64,000 nt of DNA from Candidatus Egerieousia sp. (GTDB lineage Bacteria; Bacteroidota; Bacteroidia; Bacteroidales; UBA932), in the NCBI GenBank assembly GCA_035403105.1, contig DAONEN010000001.1:32184-96183 (forward strand). Reading direction: 5' to 3'. A model generated the notes under the pieces. That model worked only from the letters and a program-made list of their open reading frames with translations. It ran no database searches and was not told where the DNA came from. Below are positions 8,682 to 18,471 of this stretch, piece after piece (the stretch's first letter is position 1; the number at the start of each line of letters is the position of its first letter). A program made the position numbers and the translations under genes.

Positions 8682-10823
8682 TTATTTGAATAACAGCTGG
8701 TTATTCTTGTAGTCAATTTTGATTTTTTTACCGGATGATATTTCTCCGCTAATCAACTTTTCTGCGAGGGTGTTGATGACCTCTTTTTGCAGAAGACGCT
8801 TGATAGGGCGGGCACCGTAGGCGATATCGTATCCCTTGTCTGCCAGATAGTTAAGAGTGTTTTCTGTGAAGCTTAGGGTAATGCCTTTCTCTTCCAAAGT
8901 TTTTTCTATCTGGTCGATTTGTAACTTTAATATGCCTTTAACTTCCTCTTTTCCAAGAGGCTGGAACATTATGATTTCATCAATTCTGTTCAAAAATTCC
9001 GGTCTTATGCTCTTTTTAAGAATTGCCATTACTTTCTCTTTACACTCTGCCATCATCTGCGTTTTGTTGCTCTCATTTATCTTGGACATATAGTCCTGGA
9101 TAATGTCCGCACCAACGTTGCTGGTCATAATCAGAATGGTATTCTTAAAGTTGACGGTTCTTCCCTTGCCGTCTGTAAGCCTCCCGTCATCAAGTACTTG
9201 TAGAAGTATGTTAAAAACATCGGGATGCGCTTTTTCAATTTCGTCAAACAGAATAACCGAGTATGGTTTGCGCCTTACCGCCTCTGTCAGCTGGCCTCCT
9301 TCATCATATCCAACATATCCCGGAGGCGCTCCAATTAAACGAGTTACAGCAAAGCTTTCCTGATATTCACTCATATCTATCCTGGTCATCAGGTTCTCAT
9401 CATTGAACAAAAATTCTGCAAGAGCCTTTGCCAGCTCAGTTTTTCCAACACCGGTTGTACCCATGAACAAGAAAGAACCGATTGGCCTCTTCTCACTCTG
9501 AAGCCCTGCACGTGAACGCCTTACAGCATCAGCGACAGCTTCTATTGCCTCATCTTGTCCTACAACTCTTTTGTGCAATTCCTCCTCCAAATTAAGCAGC
9601 TTATCCTTTTCACTCTGCAGCATTCTCTTTACAGGTATGCCTGTCCATTTTGCCACAACCTCTGCAATATCCTCCGGCTTAACCTCTTCATTAATCAGCG
9701 GGTGCTCGTTGCTTTCCTCTTTTTTCTTAAGAACGGCAATCTCTTTCTCCAAACTTGCAACTTTGCCGTAGCGAATTTCAGCAACTTTTGCATAATCGCC
9801 GCTTCTCTCCGCCTCATCAGCTTCAAATTTCAGTTTGTCAATTTCTTGCCTCTTGGTCTGTATGCTGTCCAGAAGAGATTTCTCCTCCTTCCATTGTTTA
9901 TTGTAGATATCTTGCTGTTTTTTAAGAGATTCCAGCTGATTATTAATCTCAGTTAACTTTGGAGATTTGCCCTCTCTTCTGATAGCCTCTCTCTCAATTT
10001 CCAGCTGTTTTACTTTTCTGTTCAGCTCATCAATTTCCTCAGGGACGGAGTTCATCTCCAGCCTTAATTTTGCAGCCGCCTCATCCATCAGGTCTATTGC
10101 CTTATCCGGCAAGTACCTGTTAGTTATGTATCTGTGAGATAATTCTACTGCGGCAATAATAGCGTCATCCTCAATTTTTACCTTGTGATGGTTCTCATAT
10201 TTTGGCTTCAAACCCCTTAATATAGAGATACTTTCTGCGGGCGACGGTTCATCTACCATTACCATCTGGAATCTCCTCTCCAATGCTTTATCTTGCTCAA
10301 AATATTTCTGATATTCATCTAATGTTGTTGAGCCTACGCATCTTAACTCTCCTCTGGAAAGTGCAGGTTTTAGTATGTTTGCAGCATCCATTGCGCCACT
10401 GGTCTGACCCGCTCCAACCAAAGTGTGTATTTCATCTATGTATAGGATGATTTCTCCGTTGCTGTCAACTACCTCTTTTATAACGCCTTTCAGCCTCTCT
10501 TCAAATTCTCCCTGGTACTTTGCTCCTGCAATCAACGCTCCCATATCCAAAGAATAAATCACTTTATCCTTAAGGTTTTCCGCAACATCTCCATGCACAA
10601 TCCTCTGCGCAAGTCCTTCTGCAATAGCCGTCTTACCAACGCCCGGCTCACCTACAAGAATAGGGTTGTTCTTTGTCCTTCTGCTAAGGATTTGCAGAAC
10701 CCTCCTTATCTCATCGTCTCTTCCAATGACGGGGTCCAGCTTTCCCGCCTTTGCCCTCTGGTTTAGATTGACGGCATAACGGTCAAGCGTTTTTTCCTGT
10801 GATTGATTGTTGTTCATTTCCAT
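8682..10823 (-). CDS. clpB: ClpB-type AAA+ disaggregase lacking the N-terminal Clp_N domain
   Basis: Two Walker A boxes ([16 protein letters not shown]) and a long coiled-coil middle domain between NBD1 and NBD2. The 713-aa protein begins just before [15 protein letters not shown]. Confidence 0.9.
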   Translation of the reverse strand: MEMNNNQSQEKTLDRYAVNLNQRAKAGKLDPVIGRDDEIRRVLQILSRRTKNNPILVGEPGVGKTAIAEGLAQRIVHGDVAENLKDKVIYSLDMGALIAGAKYQGEFEERLKGVIKEVVDSNGEIILYIDEIHTLVGAGQTSGAMDAANILKPALSRGELRCVGSTTLDEYQKYFEQDKALERRFQMVMVDEPSPAESISILRGLKPKYENHHKVKIEDDAIIAAVELSHRYITNRYLPDKAIDLMDEAAAKLRLEMNSVPEEIDELNRKVKQLEIEREAIRREGKSPKLTEINNQLESLKKQQDIYNKQWKEEKSLLDSIQTKRQEIDKLKFEADEAERSGDYAKVAEIRYGKVASLEKEIAVLKKKEESNEHPLINEEVKPEDIAEVVAKWTGIPVKRMLQSEKDKLLNLEEELHKRVVGQDEAIEAVADAVRRSRAGLQSEKRPIGSFLFMGTTGVGKTELAKALAEFLFNDENLMTRIDMSEYQESFAVTRLIGAPPGYVGYDEGGQLTEAVRRKPYSVILFDEIEKAHPDVFNILLQVLDDGRLTDGKGRTVNFKNTILIMTSNVGADIIQDYMSKINESNKTQMMAECKEKVMAILKKSIRPEFLNRIDEIIMFQPLGKEEVKGILKLQIDQIEKTLEEKGITLSFTENTLNYLADKGYDIAYGARPIKRLLQKEVINTLAEKLISGEISSGKKIKIDYKNNQLLFK

Positions 10824-10872
10824 AATATTATCTCCTTTTTGCCTCTCCGCTGTCCTTTTGCAGGCTCAGTTT

Positions 10873-10880
10873 CAAAGGTA
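10873..10880 (-). promoter_or_regulatory. -7 box TACCTTTG (clpB)
   Basis: The reverse complement of CAAAGGTA lies about 50 nt upstream of the clpB ATG. Confidence 0.5.
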
Positions 10881-10985
10881 TTGTTATTAATCTCAAATCC
10901 TTTACCAGTACCGCATAAATCTCTGAAAAACCTCATTTTGTGACAATCTGGCACGGATTTACTCTTTTTTGTAAGACAAAAATGT

Positions 10986-10993
10986 TATCTTTG
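10986..10993 (+). promoter_or_regulatory. -7 box TATCTTTG (queE)
   Basis: TAnnTTTG match about 17 nt before the first possible queE start. Confidence 0.5.
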
Positions 10994-11009
10994 TGTCTAA
11001 TAGTCAGAT

Positions 11010-11690
11010 GTGTCCCTTGTGGACGCAGGTTATTTAATTAGGAGTCATAGAATAGTGAGAGAAAATCAGGAATATCCGGAGCTGGAAGGCGGAAAGTTTT
11101 TGCCCTTGGTGGAGAGTTTTTATACTATTCAGGGAGAGGGATTTAATACAGGCAAACCTGCATATTTCATACGTCTTGGGGGATGTGATGTAGGTTGCAG
11201 TTGGTGCGATTCTAAAGAGAGCTGGAATCCTAAAAAATTTCCACCGGTAGATATAGATGTTATAGTGAGGGATGCAGCCATGTGTCCGGCAAAAACAATA
11301 GTCCTTACGGGAGGAGAGCCTCTTAATTATCCTCTCGATAGTTTGTGTAAAGCTTTAAAAGATAAAGGTTTGCAGATATTCTTGGAAACCAGCGGGAGCA
11401 GTCCTCTGTCGGGAGTATTTGACTGGATATGCCTCTCTCCAAAGAAAAATAAAAAGCCGTTGCAGAAGATATACGGGAAAGCGGATGAGCTTAAGGTGAT
11501 TATAGAGAGCGCAGAGGATTTTAAGTGGGCTGAGTATAACAGAAAGCAGGCAGGGGAGAAATGCCTTTTGTATTTGCAGCCGGAGTGGAGCAGGATGAGA
11601 GTGGTGATGCCGCAAATAGTTGATTATGTGAAAAATAATCCGGAATGGAATGTCTCTTTGCAGGCCCACAAGTTTATGAGAATTCCGTAG
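11010..11690 (+). CDS. queE: 7-carboxy-7-deazaguanine synthase (radical SAM)
   Basis: FYTIQGEGFNTGKPAYFIRLGGCDVGCSWCDSK closely matches the E. coli-type QueE cluster-binding region. There is no in-frame ATG, so a GTG start at 11010, 11019 or 11055 is possible. Confidence 0.85.
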   Translation: MSLVDAGYLIRSHRIVRENQEYPELEGGKFLPLVESFYTIQGEGFNTGKPAYFIRLGGCDVGCSWCDSKESWNPKKFPPVDIDVIVRDAAMCPAKTIVLTGGEPLNYPLDSLCKALKDKGLQIFLETSGSSPLSGVFDWICLSPKKNKKPLQKIYGKADELKVIIESAEDFKWAEYNRKQAGEKCLLYLQPEWSRMRVVMPQIVDYVKNNPEWNVSLQAHKFMRIP

Positions 11691-11768
11691 CGGCAAATGT
11701 TGCTGAGAAGTTGAAACAGGGTGAATTAAAGTTACTTATAGGTATAATAATAATTAATTAAATATTTT

Positions 11769-12992
11769 ATGAAAAAATTATTTGCACTACTGACAATTGC
11801 ATTGCTTTGCGCAACAACAACTTACAGCATTGCACAAGACAAAGGTGCTCAGAAGAAAGACTCAGGCTATGTTTTTACCACTGATTTGGCCATTCCAATC
11901 AGCGGTATTAGAAATCAGGGAAGTTCAGGCACTTGCTGGGCTTTTTCTACAACCTCATTCTTGGAAAGCGAGGCAATAAAGAAGGGAACTGCCGATACAA
12001 GCATTGCTCTATCAACGTGGTATACTGTATACAAAAACTATCAGGAAAAATTTGTAAAGTATGTTCGTCTGGACGGAACTCTTAATTTTGCAGAGGGAGG
12101 CGCATCAATGGATGTTGTTCACTCCTATCAAGATTATGGCGTTGTTCTGGAGAAGGATATGCCTTGCCTGAGAGGTGGTGAGAAGAGAATCAATTTCTCA
12201 GAAATGTTTTCTGTTCTTGACGGTTACACAAAAGGTTTTGTTGCAAACACAAAGCACCAGATTTCCGCTCAAGGTAAATGGATGGCTCCTTTCAACGCAA
12301 TACTTGATTCTTACCTTGGCACTTGCCCTGAAAAAGTTACTTACAAAGGTATAGAATATGCGCCTAAAGATTTTGTAACCAAAGGGTTAAAGCTTAATAT
12401 GGATGATTATGTATCAATTAGTTCTTACACTCATCATCCTTTCTATTCACAATTTGCAGTTGAGGTTCCGGACAATTGGCGCTGGGATTTGAGTTACAAT
12501 GTTCCTCTGAATGAGATGATGGAAATCATTGACTATGCACTTGCAAACGGTTACACAATTGCTTGGGGTTCAGATGTTAGCGAGAACGGTTTCACCCGCG
12601 AAGGCATTGCCGTTGTTCCAGATGTTGCAGCTAATGAAAAGGCTGCAGGTTCAGACCAAGAACATTGGGTTGGAAAAGATCCTAATCAGAAGAAGGCCGA
12701 TATTTATAATCTGAACAAACCGGGAAAGGAGATGACTATTACTCAGGAAATGAGGCAGGAAGGTTATGATAATAAGACAACTACAGATGACCACGGTCTT
12801 CAGATTTATGGTATTGCACATGACCAGAATGGTACAAAATATTATATGGTAAAGAACTCTTGGGGCAAGACAGGAAAGTATCAGGGCATCTGGTATGCAT
12901 CTGTTCCGTTTGTACAATTTAAGACAATGGACTTTGTTGTTAACAAGAACGGCATTCCAAAAGAGCTACGCAAGAAGCTAGGTATCAAGTAA
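11769..12992 (+). CDS. Secreted or lipoprotein C1-family cysteine peptidase (aminopeptidase C / bleomycin hydrolase-like)
   Basis: Signal peptide; catalytic Cys in QGSSGTCWAFS; His in DDHGLQIYGIAHD; Asn/Trp in VKNSWG. Confidence 0.8.
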   Translation: MKKLFALLTIALLCATTTYSIAQDKGAQKKDSGYVFTTDLAIPISGIRNQGSSGTCWAFSTTSFLESEAIKKGTADTSIALSTWYTVYKNYQEKFVKYVRLDGTLNFAEGGASMDVVHSYQDYGVVLEKDMPCLRGGEKRINFSEMFSVLDGYTKGFVANTKHQISAQGKWMAPFNAILDSYLGTCPEKVTYKGIEYAPKDFVTKGLKLNMDDYVSISSYTHHPFYSQFAVEVPDNWRWDLSYNVPLNEMMEIIDYALANGYTIAWGSDVSENGFTREGIAVVPDVAANEKAAGSDQEHWVGKDPNQKKADIYNLNKPGKEMTITQEMRQEGYDNKTTTDDHGLQIYGIAHDQNGTKYYMVKNSWGKTGKYQGIWYASVPFVQFKTMDFVVNKNGIPKELRKKLGIK

Positions 12993-13063
12993 TAATAACA
13001 AAGCTATTTATTAATAATCCCGACGGAATTATACTCTGTCGGGATATAAAAAAATAATTAAAA

Positions 13064-14224
13064 ATGAAAAAGATTTTTCTTGTTGCAGCAGCTGCGCTAT
13101 GTGCAGGATTGTTTACTGTTACAGACTCTTATGCGCAGTATAAGTATGAATTTACAACAGTAAATAAAAATCCGGCAACTGCTGTAAAAGACCAGGCCAA
13201 TACTGGCACCTGCTGGTGCTTTGCAACCGTCTCTTTCCTTGAGAGCGAGGCAATTAAGAAGGGCACCGCTGATACGACCCTGGATCTGTCTGAGATGTAT
13301 ATTGTAAGGTGCAACTACATCAGGAGGCTTGAGGATGATTATTACAGGAGAGGAAAAGGAAATACCGGTCCCGGCGGAGTAGGGCACCAGGCTCTTTGGG
13401 TTATGGACCATTATGGACTTATGCCGGAAAGCGCTTATCACGGAATCAATTACGGCATGAATCATCATGACCATTCAAAACTTCAGTTCTCATTGGATTC
13501 TCTTATGGATGTTGCAACTAAAGAGAAAAAGGGTATGCCTTATGACCAGGTTAATGCCATTCTTGATAAGTATCTTGGTGCAGTTCCGGAGAGTTTTGAG
13601 TATAAGGGAAAGACTTATACAGCCCAGACTTTCAGAGATATGCTTGGGCTTAAAGGTTCTGATTATGTAGAAATTACAAGTTTCTCACATCATCCGTTCT
13701 ACGCGCTGTCTCCTCTTGAAATACCGGATAACTTTGATCATTATCTGTATTACAATGTTCCTCTTGACGATATGGTTGAAATAATGGATTACGCCATAAA
13801 AAAGGGTTACACAGTATCATGGGATGCGGATATGAGCGAGACTTATTTTGCTCACCGCAATCACATAGCTGTTTTTGCACCTGGTGAAGACATTAGGGCA
13901 GCAAAAGAGATAAAGGCAAAGTATGTTGAGCAGCCTATAGACCAGGATATTAGAGAGAAAATGTTTATGGATTATACAACATCTGATGACCATTTGATGC
14001 ATATTACCGGAATTGCAAAAGACAAAGAGGGTGTTCAGTATTTTATTGTAAAAAACTCATGGGGAAAGGTTCCGGGTTATAATGAGGACGGATATGATGA
14101 TGCCTCTGTGAATTACGTTAAAGCAAAGACAATATCTATATTGGTGAACAAAAATGCTGTTCCTAAAAAATTGGCAAACAAAGCCTTGTTTGAAACGCTG
14201 AGCAATCAGTTAAATGTCAAATAG
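13064..14224 (+). CDS. Second C1-family cysteine peptidase (paralog of the preceding gene)
   Basis: Signal peptide; NTGTCWCFATVSFLESEAIKKGTADT is almost identical to the neighbour's motif; DDHLMHITGIA and VKNSWG are also present. Confidence 0.8.
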   Translation: MKKIFLVAAAALCAGLFTVTDSYAQYKYEFTTVNKNPATAVKDQANTGTCWCFATVSFLESEAIKKGTADTTLDLSEMYIVRCNYIRRLEDDYYRRGKGNTGPGGVGHQALWVMDHYGLMPESAYHGINYGMNHHDHSKLQFSLDSLMDVATKEKKGMPYDQVNAILDKYLGAVPESFEYKGKTYTAQTFRDMLGLKGSDYVEITSFSHHPFYALSPLEIPDNFDHYLYYNVPLDDMVEIMDYAIKKGYTVSWDADMSETYFAHRNHIAVFAPGEDIRAAKEIKAKYVEQPIDQDIREKMFMDYTTSDDHLMHITGIAKDKEGVQYFIVKNSWGKVPGYNEDGYDDASVNYVKAKTISILVNKNAVPKKLANKALFETLSNQLNVK

Positions 14225-14269
14225 TTTTTGAAGAAAGGAAAATAATAAAATAAAACTGTCGAGATAATT

Positions 14270-14986
14270 ATGTCAATAAGAAAAAATATTCCTAATGCGC
14301 TTACATGCGGCAACCTTATAATGGGTTGCGTTGCAATTGAATTTGCGGTTGAGTGCAATTTTGAAATGGCTCTTGTCTGCATGATTGTCTCTGCAGTTTT
14401 TGATTTTTTTGACGGAATGGCGGCAAGAGCCCTTAACGCACATTCTCCAATAGGGAAGGATTTGGATTCACTTGCGGACATGGTTAGTTTTGGTGTCTCT
14501 CCCGCTTTAATTTTCTCATACGGAATGGATTGTGGTATTACGGGCAATAGATTTCTAATTTTTATTCCTCTTTTGATTGCCGCATGTTCTGCTTTAAGAC
14601 TTGCAAAATTTAATATAGATACCAGGCAGGCAACAACGTTTATTGGACTTGCAACTCCTGCCAACGCACTGTTTGTTGCTTCTCTGTTTTGTACAAGCAA
14701 ATTTTATCCCGCTATCTGGCATTTTTGGCATATTGTACCTTGGTTGCTTGGAATCCTTGCAGTTGGTTTGTCTCTGCTTCTTGTTAGCGAGATACCCATG
14801 TTTTCATTTAAGTTTAAGAACTTTACGTGGAAGGATAACAGTCTTAGATTTGTATTTCTTGCCATAGCAGCGGTGGAGGGACTTGCTACTTTAATTTGCG
14901 GATTAAGATGGAGCGCCGTTGTATTTCTTGTGTTTGCAACTTATATAATTCTTAACCTGTTGTTACTTATTAAAAGGACCGCATAA
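14270..14986 (+). CDS. pssA: CDP-diacylglycerol--serine O-phosphatidyltransferase (CDP-alcohol phosphatidyltransferase family)
   Basis: Contains the motif DFFDGMAARALNAHSPIGKDLDSLADMVSFG (DGx2ARx8Gx3Dx3D) in a polytopic membrane protein. Confidence 0.8.
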   Translation: MSIRKNIPNALTCGNLIMGCVAIEFAVECNFEMALVCMIVSAVFDFFDGMAARALNAHSPIGKDLDSLADMVSFGVSPALIFSYGMDCGITGNRFLIFIPLLIAACSALRLAKFNIDTRQATTFIGLATPANALFVASLFCTSKFYPAIWHFWHIVPWLLGILAVGLSLLLVSEIPMFSFKFKNFTWKDNSLRFVFLAIAAVEGLATLICGLRWSAVVFLVFATYIILNLLLLIKRTA

Positions 14987-15025
14987 GGCAGAATAAATAA
15001 ATTTTGATAAAATGGAATTTGTTTA

Positions 15026-15033
15026 TACTTTTG
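15026..15033 (+). promoter_or_regulatory. -7 box TACTTTTG (tRNA-Lys)
   Basis: TAnnTTTG match 23 nt upstream of the tRNA 5' end. Confidence 0.5.
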
Positions 15034-15055
15034 CAGTCCCAAATCGATAGGGAAT

Positions 15056-15128
15056 GACTTGCTAGCTCAGCTGGTAGAGCACGACACTCTTAATGTTGGG
15101 GTCCAGGGTTCGATCCCCTGGCAGGTCA
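15056..15128 (+). tRNA. tRNA-Lys (anticodon CTT)
   Basis: Reads GACTTGCTAGCTCAGCTGGTAGAGCACGACACTCTTAATGTTG...GGGTTCGATCCCCTGGCAGGTCA. The anticodon loop is CTCTTAA. Confidence 0.9.
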
Positions 15129-15130
15129 CA

Positions 15131-15167
15131 AAAAAAAAGTCCGGTTTTTTACCGGACTTTTTTTTTA
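15131..15167. terminator. Bidirectional terminator (tRNA-Lys and the convergent kinase operon)
   Basis: Reads A8-GTCCGGT-TTTTT-ACCGGAC-T9: a perfect hairpin flanked by an A-run and a T-run. Confidence 0.85.
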
Positions 15168-15181
15168 TTTGTGAACATCTG

Positions 15182-16825
15182 TTACTTCAATAAAAAACTG
15201 AATGTGCTTCCATGCTTTGGTTCAGAATCAATTTGAAGCTCGCTGCCAAGATGTTTTAGAATACTCTTGCACAATGTCAGACCAAGTCCAAGCCCCTGCT
15301 TAAATGTATCTACTTTTTCAAATGGAGAGAATATTCTCTCTTTGTCCTCTTTGCTTATTCCAATGCCGGTGTCTTTAACATAAAAAAGGATACTATGGTC
15401 TTTATTAGGAGTATAGCCAATTGTAATACCGCCCTTTTCCGTAAATTTAAGCCCGTTTGAAATAAGGATAAACATAACTTGTTTTAGCAAGGCCTCATCC
15501 GTTGCTATGACGTGCTCTTCTGCAGGAAAAGAAGTATTTATATAGAGTCTTTTTTGCAAAATATCTTTGATTGTAAAAGACCGTTCCGCTGCGTATTCTT
15601 TTAAATCCTCAATAAAACTGTTTAGCTTAATCTCCTGCTTTGAGACTTTAACCAATCCGGCTGAAAAAGATGAAATGCAGAGAATGTTGTCTATAAGAGT
15701 TTTTAAAAGTTCATTATTCTGCTTTATTACAGGCATGAATTCTTCTCTTTGCTTTTGATTTTCACTGTTTACGTACAAGTCTGTGAATCCGATTATTGAA
15801 TTAAGAGGAGTGCGGATTTCATGGCTGATGGAGTTTAAAAAATCATCTGCATCTTTCTCTGCCTGAATAGCTTTTTTATTTAATTCCGATAATACAAATT
15901 CTTTCTCTTTTAGGTCTGTGATATCCATATTCAAGTCTATGAAATACGGATGATTTTTCTCCTTAAAAGCAGCGTCGTAATCGCTCTTGAAAATATTTAC
16001 CAGCGTCCATTTCTTTTTTCCGTTAGGCAATGTAATCATTACAGTGGTTACAAGCGGCGGAATTTTAGAACCAGGTCTTGGGTCTTTTGCAACGCTGGAG
16101 GTGTAATTTCTGATCTCTGTAAATGCTTCACCTTCAGTATGTACAAACCTACTGTTTGAAGTGGCGTTGCTGTTTTCGCCAAGGTTTTTAAACCAAGAAC
16201 CCGTCGCAAACATTATTTTTCCATCCAAGCTATATGACGCTACACCAACGTTTGAATTTGCAGATGCGGTCCTAAGCCTTTTCTCAATCTCTTCCTGCTC
16301 ATCTTCATTGCTCTCTATGTCGGTAATGTTTGCGGCAACAACAATGTAAGAGTATTTTTTTTCTGTAGTTCTTCTTATGATATATTTGAAAATATGCTCA
16401 GAATTTTCTGCGTTTGAATCGTCCCCGTCTAAAAAATAGGCATATCTGTTTAAAAACGTATCTATTTGATTACTAATGCTTTCTCCTGGCTTAAGATTTT
16501 TAATCACATCTGCAGTTGTGCCGTCAAACGGATTCTCAAAAAGATTTACGCACAACATTCCGCCAAGGGTTATGTTATTATCTTTCTCTTCCCCCTTTAT
16601 AATTATTTTTTCCCTGATTCCGTTTGAATTGTATAGGGCAAAACTCAACCCGGAATCTTTGCTGATATTTTCTATTCTATGGTGGTATTCAGTGATTTTA
16701 GCTTTAAGTTTTTCATTTGTAAGGCCAGCTGTTGATTTAAGAATAATTATCACAAGCAACACAATGACCAGCAGTAGTGTTACTCCCGACAGTGCATAAA
16801 TTGATGATATGGTACAAACGTTCAT
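15182..16825 (-). CDS. Sensor histidine kinase (kinase 4 of the array), catalytically intact
   Basis: N-terminal TM, PAS-like modules (SWFKNLGEN) and the H-box NSISHEIRTPLNSIIGF (His codon at 15821-15823). N box NGLKFT, G1 DTGIGI and G2 GLGLGLTL are present. Confidence 0.85.
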   Translation of the reverse strand: MNVCTISSIYALSGVTLLLVIVLLVIIILKSTAGLTNEKLKAKITEYHHRIENISKDSGLSFALYNSNGIREKIIIKGEEKDNNITLGGMLCVNLFENPFDGTTADVIKNLKPGESISNQIDTFLNRYAYFLDGDDSNAENSEHIFKYIIRRTTEKKYSYIVVAANITDIESNEDEQEEIEKRLRTASANSNVGVASYSLDGKIMFATGSWFKNLGENSNATSNSRFVHTEGEAFTEIRNYTSSVAKDPRPGSKIPPLVTTVMITLPNGKKKWTLVNIFKSDYDAAFKEKNHPYFIDLNMDITDLKEKEFVLSELNKKAIQAEKDADDFLNSISHEIRTPLNSIIGFTDLYVNSENQKQREEFMPVIKQNNELLKTLIDNILCISSFSAGLVKVSKQEIKLNSFIEDLKEYAAERSFTIKDILQKRLYINTSFPAEEHVIATDEALLKQVMFILISNGLKFTEKGGITIGYTPNKDHSILFYVKDTGIGISKEDKERIFSPFEKVDTFKQGLGLGLTLCKSILKHLGSELQIDSEPKHGSTFSFLLK

Positions 16826-18471
16826 TGTGATTGTTCTTGATTTTTACATTCGGCCCGTTTTGCAGGTATCCTGCACCACACGGTATTTATATCTTTTCCA
16901 AATTGTTTCTCAATGCTAAACTCTAGCCTGCCCCCAAGTATTGAAGCAAGATGATGCGCAATATATATTTCCAAACTTGTTTTTGCAGCTTTTTTGACAA
17001 GCGTCTTATAATTATTTGAAATCATCTCCGCTTTGCTCGGCGGTGTGCCGCTGTCTGTAATCGCAATGAATAATTCAATTTGCTCTCCTCTCTCTCTCTC
17101 CTCAGGTTTCTCTCTGACAGTGAACACAATAGAGCCATCATGGGTCCTTTTGGCGGAACTGATAGCAAGGTCTCTCACTATCTCTTTCACCAATCTTATA
17201 TCAATGGATAATTTGCTCTGAACGGTCGGGTGGTACTCAACAAAGACATTCTCTCTTAACATGGCTCTGAATTCTTCAACAACTTCCGCCACTATTACAC
17301 CAGGATCAACGTCGCTGAATTTTTGTACGTATGCATCAGACTCAATTCTTGAAATATTAATTACCTCAGATATTGTAAGCAAAAGTTCTGCATTGCTTCT
17401 GGATAATTCTTTCATCAAATGCTTCTTTTCTTCCTCTTTTGAGGCGCAGAATATCTTTGCAGTATCTAAAAGAATATCATCAAGAGGCTGCTGAATCTCT
17501 GTGCTCATGTTTACAATAGATTTGTTCTTAAGGTTTTCCGCAGATCTTGTCTTGTGCAGGGATTCCAATAATTTTATCTCTCTGTTGACTTGTTCATCAA
17601 TATTGAATAAGACAATTTCGGTCATCATCTTCCCTTCATCCGGAGAGTATTCCGTTAGAATTCCGTAAAATCTTATGTAGTGTGTTACTCCGCCAAAAAT
17701 TATTCTCAAATTTGCAGTAACATCAATTTTGTCTTTATTCTCTTTAGTGTTATTGATATTATACCCGTAATACTTTGCATATTCCTTTTCATTGAACTGA
17801 ATATTCCTAATTCTGTTCATAAAGTTTGTTACTTTGACAAATTCTTCTGAAGGAGCATTTTTAAAACTTTCTCTGAATGTGACTCCCGGTTTTACGTAAA
17901 GCAGGTCATACCACGCATTTGTAACGTTATATGAGTTGTTGAATGCATTAACGGTTGCAACTGCAATATTTGCCTTATCCATTGCAAGCTGAAACATATT
18001 ATACATTGCGCTCCTTGCGCTGCTGGTGGCTATATCCTCGCTCTTATCAATGACCGTCCCAATATATCCTTTGATTTTAAAAGATGTTATTTTTCTTATT
18101 CTTACTAGAAGATCGGAATACTTTGAGCTTTTTGTATGATATTGTATATCAAGTACTCCATATTTCTTAAGATGATTGAAATCTTCCTTTGGAATAACAG
18201 ATGAAGACTCAAAAAGATTAAAACCCTTGTATTCGCAGTTTTCGATATTTTTAAAAATACTTTCAAATTCAGAATTTACATCCTCTATATAACCTCTCTC
18301 TGTCATATAAAAAAACGCAACAGGAAGGCTGCTATTCAGCGTTTGAAATTCATCACTGACAGTTGAGAAATCTTTGGCAAGAGAAACCCTTTCCGCTCTT
18401 ATTTTTTTTCTCTTAAGATACAGATAGACAATGCCAATGATGAGAAGTATGTCAATTAAGGCAATAATCAT
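16822..18471 (-). CDS. Histidine-kinase-like protein with degenerate H-box and ATPase boxes (kinase 3, predicted pseudokinase)
   Basis: N-terminal TM and PAS-like modules. The H-box position reads IVNMSTEIQQPLDDIL, with Thr (codon 17500-17502) in place of His. The N box is lost (SSAKRT), G1 is DSGTP, and there is no G2 GxGLG. Confidence 0.75.
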   Translation of the reverse strand: MIIALIDILLIIGIVYLYLKRKKIRAERVSLAKDFSTVSDEFQTLNSSLPVAFFYMTERGYIEDVNSEFESIFKNIENCEYKGFNLFESSSVIPKEDFNHLKKYGVLDIQYHTKSSKYSDLLVRIRKITSFKIKGYIGTVIDKSEDIATSSARSAMYNMFQLAMDKANIAVATVNAFNNSYNVTNAWYDLLYVKPGVTFRESFKNAPSEEFVKVTNFMNRIRNIQFNEKEYAKYYGYNINNTKENKDKIDVTANLRIIFGGVTHYIRFYGILTEYSPDEGKMMTEIVLFNIDEQVNREIKLLESLHKTRSAENLKNKSIVNMSTEIQQPLDDILLDTAKIFCASKEEEKKHLMKELSRSNAELLLTISEVINISRIESDAYVQKFSDVDPGVIVAEVVEEFRAMLRENVFVEYHPTVQSKLSIDIRLVKEIVRDLAISSAKRTHDGSIVFTVREKPEERERGEQIELFIAITDSGTPPSKAEMISNNYKTLVKKAAKTSLEIYIAHHLASILGGRLEFSIEKQFGKDINTVWCRIPAKRAECKNQEQSQ

